From Octopus bimaculoides (lineage: Eukaryota), in the NCBI RefSeq assembly GCF_001194135.2, contig NC_068987.1, positions 17,237,579 through 17,301,578 of the forward strand: 64,000 bases of DNA, given 5' to 3'. The notes below the pieces were generated by a model. The model was not told the origin of the DNA and ran no database searches. It saw only the letters and a program-made list of their open reading frames with translations. Both the position numbers and the translations under genes were made by a program. The stretch's first letter is position 1; each line of letters opens with the position of its first letter. Shown here piece after piece: positions 27,005-39,430 of the stretch.

Positions 27005-27566
27005 CTATAAAAAGCAACGTTTTGAATAGTAGAGTACGTACACAAATATGTATATATGTGTTTATGTGTAGATTCTCTCGGATAACGTGTGTTTATTCTT
27101 GTATTAAGTGCTATCATGAAACATAAATAACTATTAATGAAAAGGCATCACGATAATAAAGCCTTCTTCATAGTCATTTTAGTTCTTTCATGAATTGCTC
27201 TCTGCGAGAAGGTTTAGCAATGACATAATCAATACCAGAATGAGTAGCTGCGATGGAGGTGAAGTGTGAGTTTGCATGTTCTGTATTCACCAAAAAACAA
27301 ACAAACATGCACTTACGTCATTGTATATTTTATATTAGACTATAAATAATAAATGTTGTCAATCTCTCGTTACATGGAAAGTATGTATAGTAAATAACCT
27401 GATGTAGATCTCAACATACGTATGCTTCTGAACGAATCTTTAGACGAGTATAGAGCGGTAATAAGAAAAAAACGATGGCAAAGAACTAAACAATCATCTT
27501 ATGAACTTCATTAGCTAATGAAGTTCATATGATAAGCGTTAGTTTTCTTATATATACATACATATA

Positions 27567-27990
27567 GGCGCAGGAGTGGCTGTGTGGTAAGTAGCTTGCT
27601 TACCAACCACATGGTTCCGGGTTCATTCCCACCGCGTGGCACCTTGGGCAAGTGTCTTCTACTATAGCCTCGGGCCTACCAAAGCCTTGTGAGTGGATTT
27701 GGTAGACGGAAACTGAAAGAAACCCGTCGTATATATGTATATATAGATGTATGTGTGTATGTGTTTGTGTGTATGTGTTTGTGTGTCTGTGTTTGTCCCC
27801 CCAACATCGCTTGACAACCGATGCTGGTGTATTTACGTCCCCTGTAACTTAGCAGTTCGGCTAAAGAGACCGATAGAATAAGTACTAGGCTTACAAAGAA
27901 TAAGTCCTGGGGTCGATTTGCTCGACCAAAGGCGGTGCTCCAGCATGGCCGCAGTCAAATGACTGAAACAAGTGAAAGAGTAAAAGAGTA
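27567..27990 (+). mobile_element. SINE family A, complete, well-preserved copy
   Basis: GGCGCAGGAGTGGCTGTGTGGTAAG (A box)...GGTTCATTCCC (B box)...CACCTTGGGCAAGTGTC (CORE-like)...GGAAACTGAAAGAAACCCGTCG, then TA/TG microsatellite, second module, tail GGCGGTGCTCCAGCATGGCCGCAGTCAAATGACTGAAACAAG and AAAGAGT repeats. Confidence 0.9.
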
Positions 27991-28246
27991 TACATACATA
28001 CACACATATGTATACACATACACATATATATGCGTATATATATATATATATGTGTATATATATATATGTATATATATATATATGTGTGTATATATATACA
28101 TATATACATACATATATATACATATATATGTATATTCTACTGAAAACAAGCTTTGTTTGTTTACTTTCATCGTAAGTTGAATTTAACGTTAGCGTCTTAT
28201 GAAGCTAAATTTATAAGTTCTAAAATTGCAGAAGAATTCGTTACTG

Positions 28247-28319
28247 GGCCGCTTAGCTTAATGGTAAAGCACTTGATGCGTAATCACAGGGATCTGAGAT
28301 CGAGTCTAACGGCTGGCCA
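28247..28319 (+). tRNA. tRNA-Thr(CGT)-like pseudogene or solitary tRNA-derived head
   Basis: 73-nt cloverleaf-like fold: D arm GCTT-AATGGTA-AAGC perfect, anticodon CGT at 28279-28281, T loop ATCGAGT, acceptor GGCCGCT/GGC(T)GGCC, T5 at 28328-28332. U33 and T54 are replaced and the anticodon and T stems have mismatches. Confidence 0.55.
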
Positions 28320-28477
28320 GTAACGTATTTTTCTGCAATGTATGGATAATTTATCCTGATCACGCTATTTATTAGCATATATATATATGCTAATAAATAT
28401 ATACATACACACACACATATATGTGTGAATGTATGCAAAGACAGAGACTTACACACACACATATTTATTAAAATAAT

Positions 28478-29150
28478 TCAATCCAATCAGTTGTCTTCCT
28501 CCTCGTTTTCTTGCTACATACTGTCAGTCTGTGTCACTTTTTGGGTGGAGTATCTCATATCTAGTCAGCAAATTCTTTGTCTTTCTGTCTAAGCTGTTTA
28601 TTTCGTCTACTCTCCATGCCATTACCCTTGCTCCATATCTAAAGATTAAACCGCCGAGGTGTTGATAACTTGAATTTTATTCCGTCCGTTTAATTTCGAC
28701 TTAAGGATCAGATTCAGTCTCCGCAAGTACTCCACCTTAAATTTTCTGTCGTTTCTTCTCCATCAATTTATCCATTTTCAATATCCCCAAGTATTTATAG
28801 CTTCTCTCTTCTATCTGCTTCATAACCTCCCCCAACGGTATCTCTAGCCCGTTCATACATTTTTATTTTGCTTCTCTTGAAGACTAACACACCACACTTT
28901 TTCAGTGCGAACTCCATTCTGACATTAGCACTGAAGATATACACCGTATCAAGGAGGGAACTGACTTAGGATTCATCTTTACCATAAACTTTATTGTAAA
29001 GATGAATAACAAGTGGTTGACTTTTTGTGTACGGCTCTTGAATACATGTCTAACCTTTGCTTTCCTCAGAATCAGTGTTAGTGGTATCATGAACAGTACA
29101 AATATCAGTGGGGACAGGCAGTCCCCTTGGAAGTTGCCTCTCCTGAGAGG
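28478..29150 (-). mobile_element. 5'-truncated R4/Dong-like RT remnant
   Basis: LRRGNFQGDCLSPLIFVLFMIPLTLILRK...KVNHLLF...MEF.LKKCGVLVFKR...YKYLGIL...EYLRRLNLILKSKLNGRNKIQVINT...LDRKTK...HPKSD...ARKRGGRQLIG, with frameshifts and stops. Confidence 0.9.
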
Positions 29151-29219
<69 letters not shown>

Positions 29220-29223
29220 GTTA
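29151..29223. repeat. (ATT/TAA)n microsatellite abutting the R4/Dong 5' junction
   Basis: Directly visible. Confidence 0.95.
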
Positions 29224-29603
29224 TCAAATCTTTCTCACGCAACTTCATCGCTTAANNNNNNNNNNNNNNNNNNNNNNNNNNNNNNNNNNNNNNNNNNNNN
29301 NNNNNNNNNNNNNNNNNNNNNNNNNNNNNNNNNNNNNNNNNNNNNNNNNNNNNNNNNNNNNNNNNNNNNNNNNNNNNNNNNNNNNNNNNNNNNNNNNNNN
29401 NNNNNNNNNNNNNNNNNNNNNNNNNNNNNNNNNNNNNNNNNNNNNNNNNNNNNNNNNNNNNNNNNNNNNNNNNNNNNNNNNNNNNNNNNNNNNNNNNNNN
29501 NNNNNNNNNNNNNNNNNNNNNNNNNNNNNNNNNNNNNNNNNNNNNNNNNNNNNNNNNNNNNNNNNNNNNNNNNNNNNNNNNNNNNNNNTATATATATATA
29601 TAT

Positions 29604-29639
<36 letters not shown>

Positions 29640-31139
29640 AAAGACAGAGACAGAATGAGTGAGAAAGAAAGATTCGGATACTATCTTACAAGATCCAGTA
29701 CCCTGTTGAGGTACCTTTATGGAATATTCCTATAAGATCGATTTGCGATTATCCTCTTTTTCCTTTCTGTTTATTTCTGTCAGTAATTTGCTTTTTTTCC
29801 CTCTCATATACTGTTTTCATTAAAGGATTTTGAAATCATCTCTCTCTCTCTCTCATTTTTTGCCCTCTTTCTCTTTCTCCTCAACCCTCTCTCTCCCCCA
29901 AAATATAATACGAGGTCAGAAAGGTTGGAAGAAAGCCAAACAGGATTTAATTAACATATGTTTATGTTCGATTTTAGTTAACAAAGAGAAAATGAAAACA
30001 GCACGCATCTCCCAACAAAGGAAATACGCGCTGTAACCCTTCCAAAACAAACTCAATAAATTGGCTCGATAGAGAGGATTAAAGTTACTGAAAGTTGAAT
30101 GAGGATAAGAAGCATTAAATAAGAACAACAAAGATCTATACACGCATACGTTTTATACTCATGTAACTTCATATATGTATGTGTATGTGTGTGCTTGTGT
30201 GTGGACGTGGATGTGTATACACATATGTGATTCCTTATATATATATCTGTATTTGTATATGCTAACTAGTTTGACTTTGATGGATATATATTCACATATA
30301 TACATATATACACAGAAATCTGTATGTATATGTATACATGCAAGTGTACATATGCACATATGTATGTAAATGTATATATATATATATATATATATATATN
30401 NNNNNNNNNNNNNNNNNNNNNNNNNNNNNNNNNNNNNNNNNNNNNNNNNNNNNNNNNNNNNNNNNNNNNNNNNNNNNNNNNNNNNNNNNNNNNNNNNNGC
30501 ATATATATACATAAATATATATACATAGTCAGGCACACGACGTACACATACACACACACAGAAGCTCTTATATTTACAAGGAAAGACGACAGTTTCTTCA
30601 TGCGTTATAAAGTTATGTCATTTTATGTGCGTTTCATTAACAATAATATCTGAAGCAGATTCGATTATAAGATCTTCACAGATTGCCTAACACATGTCAA
30701 TAATGTTTAGGAGATAATGTGACTACACAACTAAGGAACAAATGCTTTCTTTTTTTTTTTTACATTTGATCTTTATATCTAAGAAGAAACCTTAAATAGA
30801 ATTGAGAATAGTTCTTTTAGCAGTTTTCTTTTTCGATACACAACAATATGAATAGAGTTCTAAATATCGGCTGTATTTAAATTGAGATTTCACTCTTTCA
30901 CCCCTCTCACTTTGCTTCTTTCGATCTGTAACTGTTCTGCCTGTGGGTCTCTTTGTCTGTCTCTCTATATACATGCATATACACATACGTACATTCATAC
31001 ACACACAGACATATTTACATGTATGTATGTATGTATTTATATATATATCTGTGTGCGTGTATATATATATATAGAGAGAGAGAGTGAAAGAGAGAGAGAA
31101 AGAGAGAGGGAGAGGGAAGAAAGAGACTACAATGTGAAT

Positions 31140-32243
31140 AAAGTGTGGAGTGCCTCAGGGAACAGTATTGAAGCCGCTGCTCTTCATGGTGGCTCTTTCA
31201 GACACGCCATCAGTTACAAAGACAGCTACACTTACTAGATATACCAACGACACAAAAGTATTACAAGCTGTCAAAGAACCGTCTGATGCTAATTTTCTAC
31301 AGATAGAGCTGGAGGGCATATATAAATTGGCCGAAAAATCAACATGTAATTTAATGCAGGTAAATTCCAACCCTTTGCATCAGGAAATTGGTGCTCAGAA
31401 TCCGCGACAACGATACTTTGGACCAAAAGGAGCAGCGATCCCTGAGTCACGTACAGTACGTGAACTGGGGATTGATATGAGCATCGATGCCTCGTTTCAC
31501 ATGCATGTCATCAAGATGGTGTCAGCTTGCAGGCGAATAACAGGACGAATTCTGACAACCTTCAGAACAAGGTACCAGGAAGCTATGCTGATTTTATGGA
31601 GTGCGTTTTTACTCAGCCGTCTAGACCAGTGCTTGCAACTGTGATCTCCCTACAATGTCAACTTAGTATCAGAACTTGAGGCAGCTCAGCGGTGTTACAC
31701 CAGAAAGATTGCATCAATTGAACAGCTGAGCTACTGGCAGAAACTCTAAGAGATACGCCTCTGCGCCCTGGATCGAAGACGGGAGAAGTATGCAGTGGTA
31801 TATGTATGGAAGTTCTTGGAGGGGCTGGACCCATACTTTTGTATCGACCTCTCAACATCCGAACTGGACGACACTGTACTGTTCCAAAGGTCCAAGCTAC
31901 CTTGTCTAGGGCGAGGATCATGTACTGCAATAACTTGGGATTCAAGGACGCAGAGATATGTAACGGCTTCCCAAAACATGTGAGGGATCTTTATGGGGTA
32001 CGTGTAGATGATTTTATGAGGCAACTTGCTATGCAACTTGCTATGCAACTTGCTATGCAAGATCCCAGCGGGACTAATATCAAAGCAGGACACTCATAAA
32101 AAAGGCTGCAGTGTCGAACTCCCTTCTTTATCAAATTTCTGTCACATAGAGTTAGTCATTGATAGGGTGATTACACTGGTGGTGCTCCAGCATAGCCACA
32201 GCCTAAGGTCTGAAACATATAAAAGGATAAAATAATAAAAGAA
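31140..32243 (+). mobile_element. 5'-truncated CR1/L2-group LINE (RT C-terminal half plus 3' end)
   Basis: GVPQGTVLKPLLF (RT domain 4), YTNDTK (degenerate YADD), ILTTFRTR, RLDQCLQL*SP, EAAQRCYTRKI..LSYWQKL..LDRRREKY..VWKFLEGL, then a stem-loop tail at 32178-32217. Internal 12-bp triplication GCAACTTGCTAT at about 32021-32058. Confidence 0.9.
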
Positions 32244-32441
32244 TATATATATGTATGTATGCATGTATGCACACGTTTGTATGCATACGTATGTATGTAT
32301 GGAATGATATATGTATATACATGTATACATTCATACATTCATACANNNNNNNNNNNNNNNNNNNNNNNNNNNNNNNNNNNNNNNNNNNNNNNNNNNNNNN
32401 NNNNNNNNNNNNNNNNNNNNNNNNNNNNNNNNNNNNNNNNN

Positions 32442-32509
<68 letters not shown>

Positions 32510-32798
32510 GCATGTATATATATACATATATATACAAATACATATATATATATACATACATATATATATATATATGTATGTATGCATGTATGCACACGTT
32601 TGTATGCATACGTATGTATGTATGGAATGATATATGTATATACATGTATACATTCATACATTCATACATGAATGTGTTTTTATGCGAATGTGTAAGAGTA
32701 CGTGTTTGTGTGTAAGTGTCTGCGTGTTTCTGCTTTTGCGCCTGTGTATTCGTTGTGTGTGAGAGCGTGTATGTGCACGCGCGTTTGTGTATGTAAGA

Positions 32799-32829
<31 letters not shown>

Positions 32830-33082
32830 TGTTTGCGCGTGTTTGTCTGTGTATGTGCGATAATGGACGGTCGTTTCGATATACAATACGTAATTCCCTT
32901 AGGAGTAGTTCTGGCACCAAAGTGAAATGTAATTAGAAATATCGTAATGGAATGACAGGAAATGAAAACCACAAAACAATATGTACAAAACAATAGGTCG
33001 ACGGTAACCACATCCACGCATCATCATCGCTAACTAGCAAGACAGGCATTCTTATTAGTCGTTTTATTATTTCTCTTTAAAA

Positions 33083-34223
33083 GGATACTGCTGGCAGAAT
33101 TGTTACCTCTCCGGACCAAATGCTTAACGGTATTCCTTCCGGCTTTGCGCGATTTTGCTTTCCATCCTTTCGAGGTCGATAAAATGAATATTAGTTGAGT
33201 ACTGGATTTCATATAATTGACGAGCCACTTCCATCAAAATTTCAGGCCTTGTGATTATAGCAGAAAGGGTTATTTCTGTTTGGTAAGTTGAATTGTAACT
33301 GTGCTCGAAACTGTACTCGACAAAATGCTTAGCAGCATTTTTCTGGCTAGTTATGTTTTGAGTTTAAAATGCCGCCAAAATGGACTTTGCCTGTTATATT
33401 TTCAGGGTCGTTAATGTAAGTACCAGTTCAACATTGAGATTGGTTACATCGTGTTTTTCCCTCCTCCACAAAATTTCTGGCCTTGTATCAAAAATTGGAA
33501 CCTTTTCAAAACATTTTTTCTGTTCCGTTATATTCCTTGACCGATAAACTTTGCAGAAAGTTGTGATTACAGGGAATATCTCGTATATATAATAATCCTT
33601 CCTACTGAAGGCACAAGGCCTTGAAATTTTGGGCGAGGGGACTAGTCGATTACATCGACTCCGGTGTTTCACTGGTACTTAATGTATCGACACAGAAAGG
33701 ATAAAAAGCAAAGTCGACCTTGGCCGAATTTGAACTCAGAACGTAACGGTAGACGAAATATCGCTAAGCATTTCGCCCGGGGCGCTATCGATTCTGCCAG
33801 ATCATCTCCTTTCTCTAGTAAATAATAGTTTCCAATTGTTGCAGAAGGCCAGCAGTTTTGAAGAGCAGTGAGTAGTCGATACAATTTAACCCGGTACTTA
33901 ACCTCTAGTTTAATAACGGAATTTGACCTCAGATCGTAAGGAATCAGAAGAAATAATGCTGGATATTTTGCACGACGCTCTAATGATTCTACCTGTTTGC
34001 AATTTTCTCGTATATTTTATAATTCTTTCTACTGTAGGCACAGAAGCTGAAATTTGTAGAGAGGGAGCGGGTCAATTACACGGACCCCGGTGTTGGACTG
34101 GTACTTACTTTCTCGACTCCGAGTGGACACAAGGTGAAGTCGGCTTTGACGGAATTCACTAGTGAGTGTAAAAACGGAAGAAAAGCCGCTGAGTTTTCAG
34201 CCGGCGTGCTGGCCAGTCTGCCA
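33083..34223. mobile_element. Cluster of four SINE family B copies (+ 33083-33274; - 33591-33806, 33821-33993, 34019-34223)
   Basis: Each has the head (CTGGCAGAAT), core (GTCGATAAAAT / GTCGATTACATCGAC) and TAGAAAG..ATTATT tail motifs. Confidence 0.8.
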
Positions 34224-35654
34224 AATAAATTGCTGCCTTTGTGTGTCTGATAATGGAGACGCGATATGGATAAATTACTCAGCATCTGCATCGTCTTGAT
34301 ATGGTGGTGCAGGTGTTCGAAGACAGACGTTAGACTTCGCATCGCGCGGGGTTAATAGATCAGCCAAATATTCAAGGAATCTAGTATTATCAATGCATTA
34401 TCGTATCGATTACGAAGTAATTAGTTTTGCTCCGATGACGCAGTCGGAGAATCTTTTTCAACGATTTACATTCCGTTTAGCTTCGTTTCACATATTTCAG
34501 TATAGAGACTTTAAACAAATTTATATAACTTTCTATGAAATTTGGGATGTTCATGTTGCTGTTGTTGTTGTTGCTGTTACTTAAAGCAAGATCAGTCGTG
34601 ATCAGGCAGAACTATTATCAGAAGGGTACTTAACATGGTCACGCCATTGTTCTTTACAAATATAACATAAATAAGGAGGGAAAATATAGATAAGTAAATG
34701 AGTGGAAATTGAACCAGTGAGAATGTTGAATAAGGCACTAAAAGAGAATGACACTCTCCAGATACAATAATATATAAATATCCTTCCAGAAATATATTAA
34801 AATTAATTCTATTCAAAAACAATTTACGACAAGTTGTTGCATACTGACGAATATCAGTAAATTAAGTTTATGCCTTTCCTTGTTATCTTATATAATCATT
34901 GGAATTAATTTGCAAAATGGAAAGCCCAAACCAGCTCACGCAATACGAATTGATTTATTTTGATTGTACTCTGATCAAGTTAGTTAAATTAATAATATGG
35001 TAAATATATCATTTGAAGTGTTTATGTACTATCCAATCAGGAAATTTATCACTACAAGTTATATTATTTTATGCAGTGATTGGGAAATCAATTATTATAA
35101 GTATGTTTATTTCTGTTAGTTTAAAATTGCAACGTAAAATAAATGTCATATAATTTTTAAGCAGAAAATCTGCTTTTGATTAAAATTAATTTAATATATT
35201 TGTAATTCCTTCTTTGAAACCTACTGTCCGCTTCATTTTATCCATGTAAAGTTTGAGAGAGTACAACGATGCCATTTATAATACATCGGTCAATGAAGAC
35301 GCATTTACATGGCAGCTCGTTCTGCCAGAAATAGTAGACAAGGCTCCCGTCAGTCATAAACGCTGATGATTTAATGAAGGAAAGCAAACATCACGTAATG
35401 GAGTTCGATGACGATATGTTACCACTGGAGTACCTCTGACGATGACTCTGCTCCGTCCAATTTGACCTGAAGTTAAACAACAATATGAAACAAAACCTAT
35501 AGTGTCAACAACAACTTTGATTCTATGGCGTCGTCTGCTTCGCTGGAAATGGAAACATCACCCTTAACTCTTAGAATATCTCTTAAAAACCGGAAACTCT
35601 TATTGAACAACACAGTTTGTCATATAAGAATACATTTAGTGGAATCATTTATCT

Positions 35655-35845
35655 TTTATCTTTTACTTGTTGCAGTCATTGGACTGCGACCACTCAGGGG
35701 TACCACCTTGGAGGGTCTTATTCGAACAAATCGACCGAAGTACTTATGATTTTTTTAAAGCTTGGTACTTATTCTATCCTTATGTTCTGTCGAATCACTT
35801 AGAGACATGGAGGTAAATAAACCAGCACCAGCAGCCAAGAGGTGT
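35655..35845 (-). mobile_element. SINE family A, 3' module
   Basis: TTTTACTTGTTGCAGTCATTGGACTGCGACCA..AATCGACC..GTACTTATTCTATC. Confidence 0.75.
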
Positions 35846-38261
35846 GATCATCACACTTTGATTTGTTTCCACAGCGTTTCCGTCATGTATATGTTACATT
35901 TACAATTCATTGGACAGCCTGGAACTGTAGTAGGAAATACCTTCCCGAGAATTTACGCTTTGGTATTGAACCTGAAACTACTTGATTACGAATCAAGCTT
36001 GTTCTCATAGTGAAGTCTGGGCTGATAACCCTCTATCTCCGCCTGCGGAGTATAAATTTATGTTGTTGCATATATCTCATGTTAGTTTCATAAGCCATAC
36101 ACTTCCATGCTGATTCAGGGCAGTTTGGAATCGGGTACAAATTCTGGATTGGAATTTTCCTCCTCCTAGATTGATTACTTTCATTATGGCTAAGGAGCTC
36201 AATCTACCTTCGCAAAAATCTATTTAAGCCATAGATGGGATCCTAACCACCACTATCATTTGGGATCCAGAACAGACCGTGGGGGTAGTGATAATTAAGG
36301 AGTGACTCCAGAACACCCGAAATGAAGCCTCGCCACCGGGTGCAGGGTAATTCTATACCCGGACCTAAGGATAAATGAACAACTTCTGCCAACATAAATT
36401 TATCACGACACATTCCTGTAAATGACCCAGCGATAACTGCACAAATGTTTATTTATCATTCCGTTGTGTCTGGGGAGAGCCATTATGCCAATATAATTAA
36501 CACACGCGCTGGTTCAATTCCACTCTTTTCTTATTATTAAAATAGTTAAATATCGAACTAACTAATCGATTGTTTAATTTCTTTTGTTTTTGTTTGTCAA
36601 CGAAGGAGCTTTGACAAAGATAAAACAAATTAAACTTTAGATTAGTTGAATAATTAACCAAGTGACTGATAATAAAGGAGTGGAATTGAAACAGTGTGTG
36701 TGCTAATCATATTGTCCCTCTCTAGACACAACAAAATTTGTTTCAACACACGAATTCACATAATAAATCTTGCAAACTAGATATTCCATAACCACTAATG
36801 ATAATTTAATCTTGATCTCGTTAAATTCTTTCACATCTTAACACTTTTTTCTTTCATACTCTTAACCTACGAGCCTAGCAACAAATTCTAACACGCAATA
36901 AATTGATCTTTACGTTAACCAAACCTACCACAGACTAAACTTATTTCCCGTTATACCAGGCGATAATATAAACAATTACGAACATAGTTTCTCGTCGTTA
37001 ACCGACTATAGCTCCTATAAAAAAATAATATATCTTAAAATGAAAACCTGAAACATAGACATTACCAATAATGTGTTTCGGGTGGAATCTATAATATGTA
37101 AACACAAGATATTTATTGATTCGGAAGAGTAAATCGTTTAATTATCACTGCATGTTGTCTGTAATTACTTTATTAATAATTATCCATGTGTGTAGAAAGA
37201 CGTTAAACCGAATTTTGGTATGTTTATATATAGAATTATTGCAGGTCTAGAAAATGTCTTTATTATTTTATCTTTTAATTACTTTATCAAATTATTAAAT
37301 TCATTCATTTATTTCTGAGTATCTAAATGTGGCTAACACCATGATCTCTATCCCCCACTTACTCTTCTTTACTTTGTATCTCCCTCTCTCTCTCCTTCTC
37401 TCTCTCCTTCTCTCTCTCCTTCTCTCTCTCCTTCTCTCTCTCTCTCTCTCTCTCTCCCTCTCTCTCGTATACACACACACACACACACACATATGGGTAT
37501 ATATAAGTGCATACATGTATATACATTCACTCACTCTCCACTCTCTCTCTCTCTCTCTCTTTCTCTACCTTTCTCTCTGTATATNNNNNNNNNNNNNNNN
37601 NNNNNNNNNNNNNNNNNNNNNNNNNNNNNNNNNNNNNNNNNNNNNNNNNNNNNNNNNNNNNNNNNNNNNNNNNNNNNNNNNNNNNNNNNNNNNNNNNNNN
37701 NNNNNNNNNNNNNNNNNNNNNNNNNNNNNNNNNNNNNNNNNNNNNNNNNNNNNNNNNNNNNNNNNNNNNNNNNNNNNNNNNNNNNNNNNNNNNNNNNNNN
37801 NNNNNNNNNNNNNNNNNNNNNNNNNNNNNNNNNNNNNNNNNNNNNNNNNNNNNNNNNNNNNNNNNNNNNNNNNNNNNNNNNNNNNNNNNNNNNNNNNNNN
37901 NNNNNNNNNNNNNNNNNNNNNNNNNNNNNNNNNNNNNNNNNNNNNNNNNNNNNNNNNNNNNNNNNNNNNNNNNNNNNNNNNNNNNNNNNNNNNNNNNNNN
38001 NNNNNNNNNNNNNNNNNNNNNNNNNNNNNNNNNNNNNNNNNNNNNNNNNNNNNNNNNNNNNNNNNNNNNNNNNNNNNNNNNNNNNNNNNNNNNNNNNNNN
38101 NNNNNNNNNNNNNNNNNNNNNNNNNNNNNNNNNNNNNNNNNNNNNNNNNNNNNNNNNNNNNNNNNNNNNNNNNNNNNNNNNNNNNNNNNNNNNNNNNNNN
38201 NNNNNNNNNNNNNNNNNNNNNNNNNNNNNNNNNNNNNNNNNNNNNNNNNNATATATATATA

Positions 38262-38298
38262 TTTATTGGCTAAACTGGCAATATGACCATCCCCAAGT

Positions 38299-38308
<10 letters not shown>
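38262..38308. mobile_element. Right terminal inverted repeat of a second copy of the 52031 MITE (remainder probably in the N-gap)
   Basis: TTTATTGGCTAAACTGGCAATATGACCATCCCCAAGTACAACAACAT matches 52230-52276 with 1 mismatch; embedded in (TA)n. Confidence 0.8.
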
Positions 38309-38339
<31 letters not shown>

Positions 38340-39149
38340 TATTACACCTCACCTTCGAAATTGAAACGCTTAGAGAATTCCATATCCGAAAACTTTAAAT
38401 CTTGTTCTACTTCACTCGTATTAAAGTAGTCGAAAGAATTACATCAAGAACAGAATCAGTAGTCTGGTAATGTCCATACCATAAACGTGGGAGTAAGAGG
38501 AACGGCTATCGTTCAGTAGACGGAATGACAAAAATAAAACGTTGGTTGTTTATGTGAGACTATAATTGGTATATGACAACAGACATCAATATTGGGCTAT
38601 AAAGTAATAATATTCGTTTGAAGTACGGAAATATTCACTCCAAACAATATATTACGTTCAATATGTATACTATTAGCTTACACTATTATAACTAAACAGT
38701 CCCAAATTACACTTCCGTAAACTAAGTTGAACGCTGTAATAACTCAAGGCGCTTAGAACTGAATATTCTGTATTGACGTGTTCTCTAAACCTGTTTACAA
38801 AATTAACAAAAAACTCTGTCAACAAAACAATAACATTTCCTGTATCGACTTTAAGAAGACGATGTCTGCAACCTTCACCTAAAACTCGATGAATTTTGTT
38901 TTATTATTGTTATGAAAAATATTTCGCAATTTATTTTTTGTATAATTTTTGTCAATAAATGAGCACCATAAACATAGACTTGTGTATTTTTCTTAGTCTT
39001 TCATTTGGTAATTGTCTAAAAAAAATTACCGTGATGAAAATTTTGGATTTACATTCTTCAGTTTGATTCCCTATTTAACTCTCTTATTTTCTTTTACAAC
39101 TATTAATGAGTGACGTTTAGGTAATATCATTTTCTTTTATGCTTTATTT

Positions 39150-39430
39150 GTTTCAATCATTTGAATGCGATCATGCTGGAGTACCGCGTACACAACCCTA
39201 GTACTTATTCCATCGATCGATTTTTCCGAATCGCTGAGTTACAAGGACGCAAACACATCAACACCAGTTGTCAAGCGATGATGTTGGATAAAGACAGACA
39301 CACACACACATCCACCCATACCAAACACACACACACACACACACACACACTCAAACACACGTATATATATATACATACACATTCGACGAGCTTCTTTAAG
39401 TTTCCCCTCTTCTAAATCTACTCACATATT
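39150..39430 (-). mobile_element. SINE family A, 3' module plus edge of the 5' module
   Basis: ATCATGCTGGAGTACCGC..CTAGTACTTATTCCATCG..ACACCAGTTGTCAAGCG, (CA)n, GACGAGCTTCTTTAAGTTTCC. Confidence 0.7.

Noticed and set aside
35455-35520. Apparent minus-strand micro-exon (TTTAACTTCAG|GTCAAATTGG...CAGTG|GTAAC)
   Set aside because: No recognisable protein. The plus strand reads VTTGVP, more like a decayed RT domain 4 (SGVPQGS); neither reading is strong enough to call.
36100-36480. GC-richer segment resembling RTE-type 5' UTR or non-autonomous repeats
   Set aside because: The resemblance is from memory only and boundaries could not be fixed.
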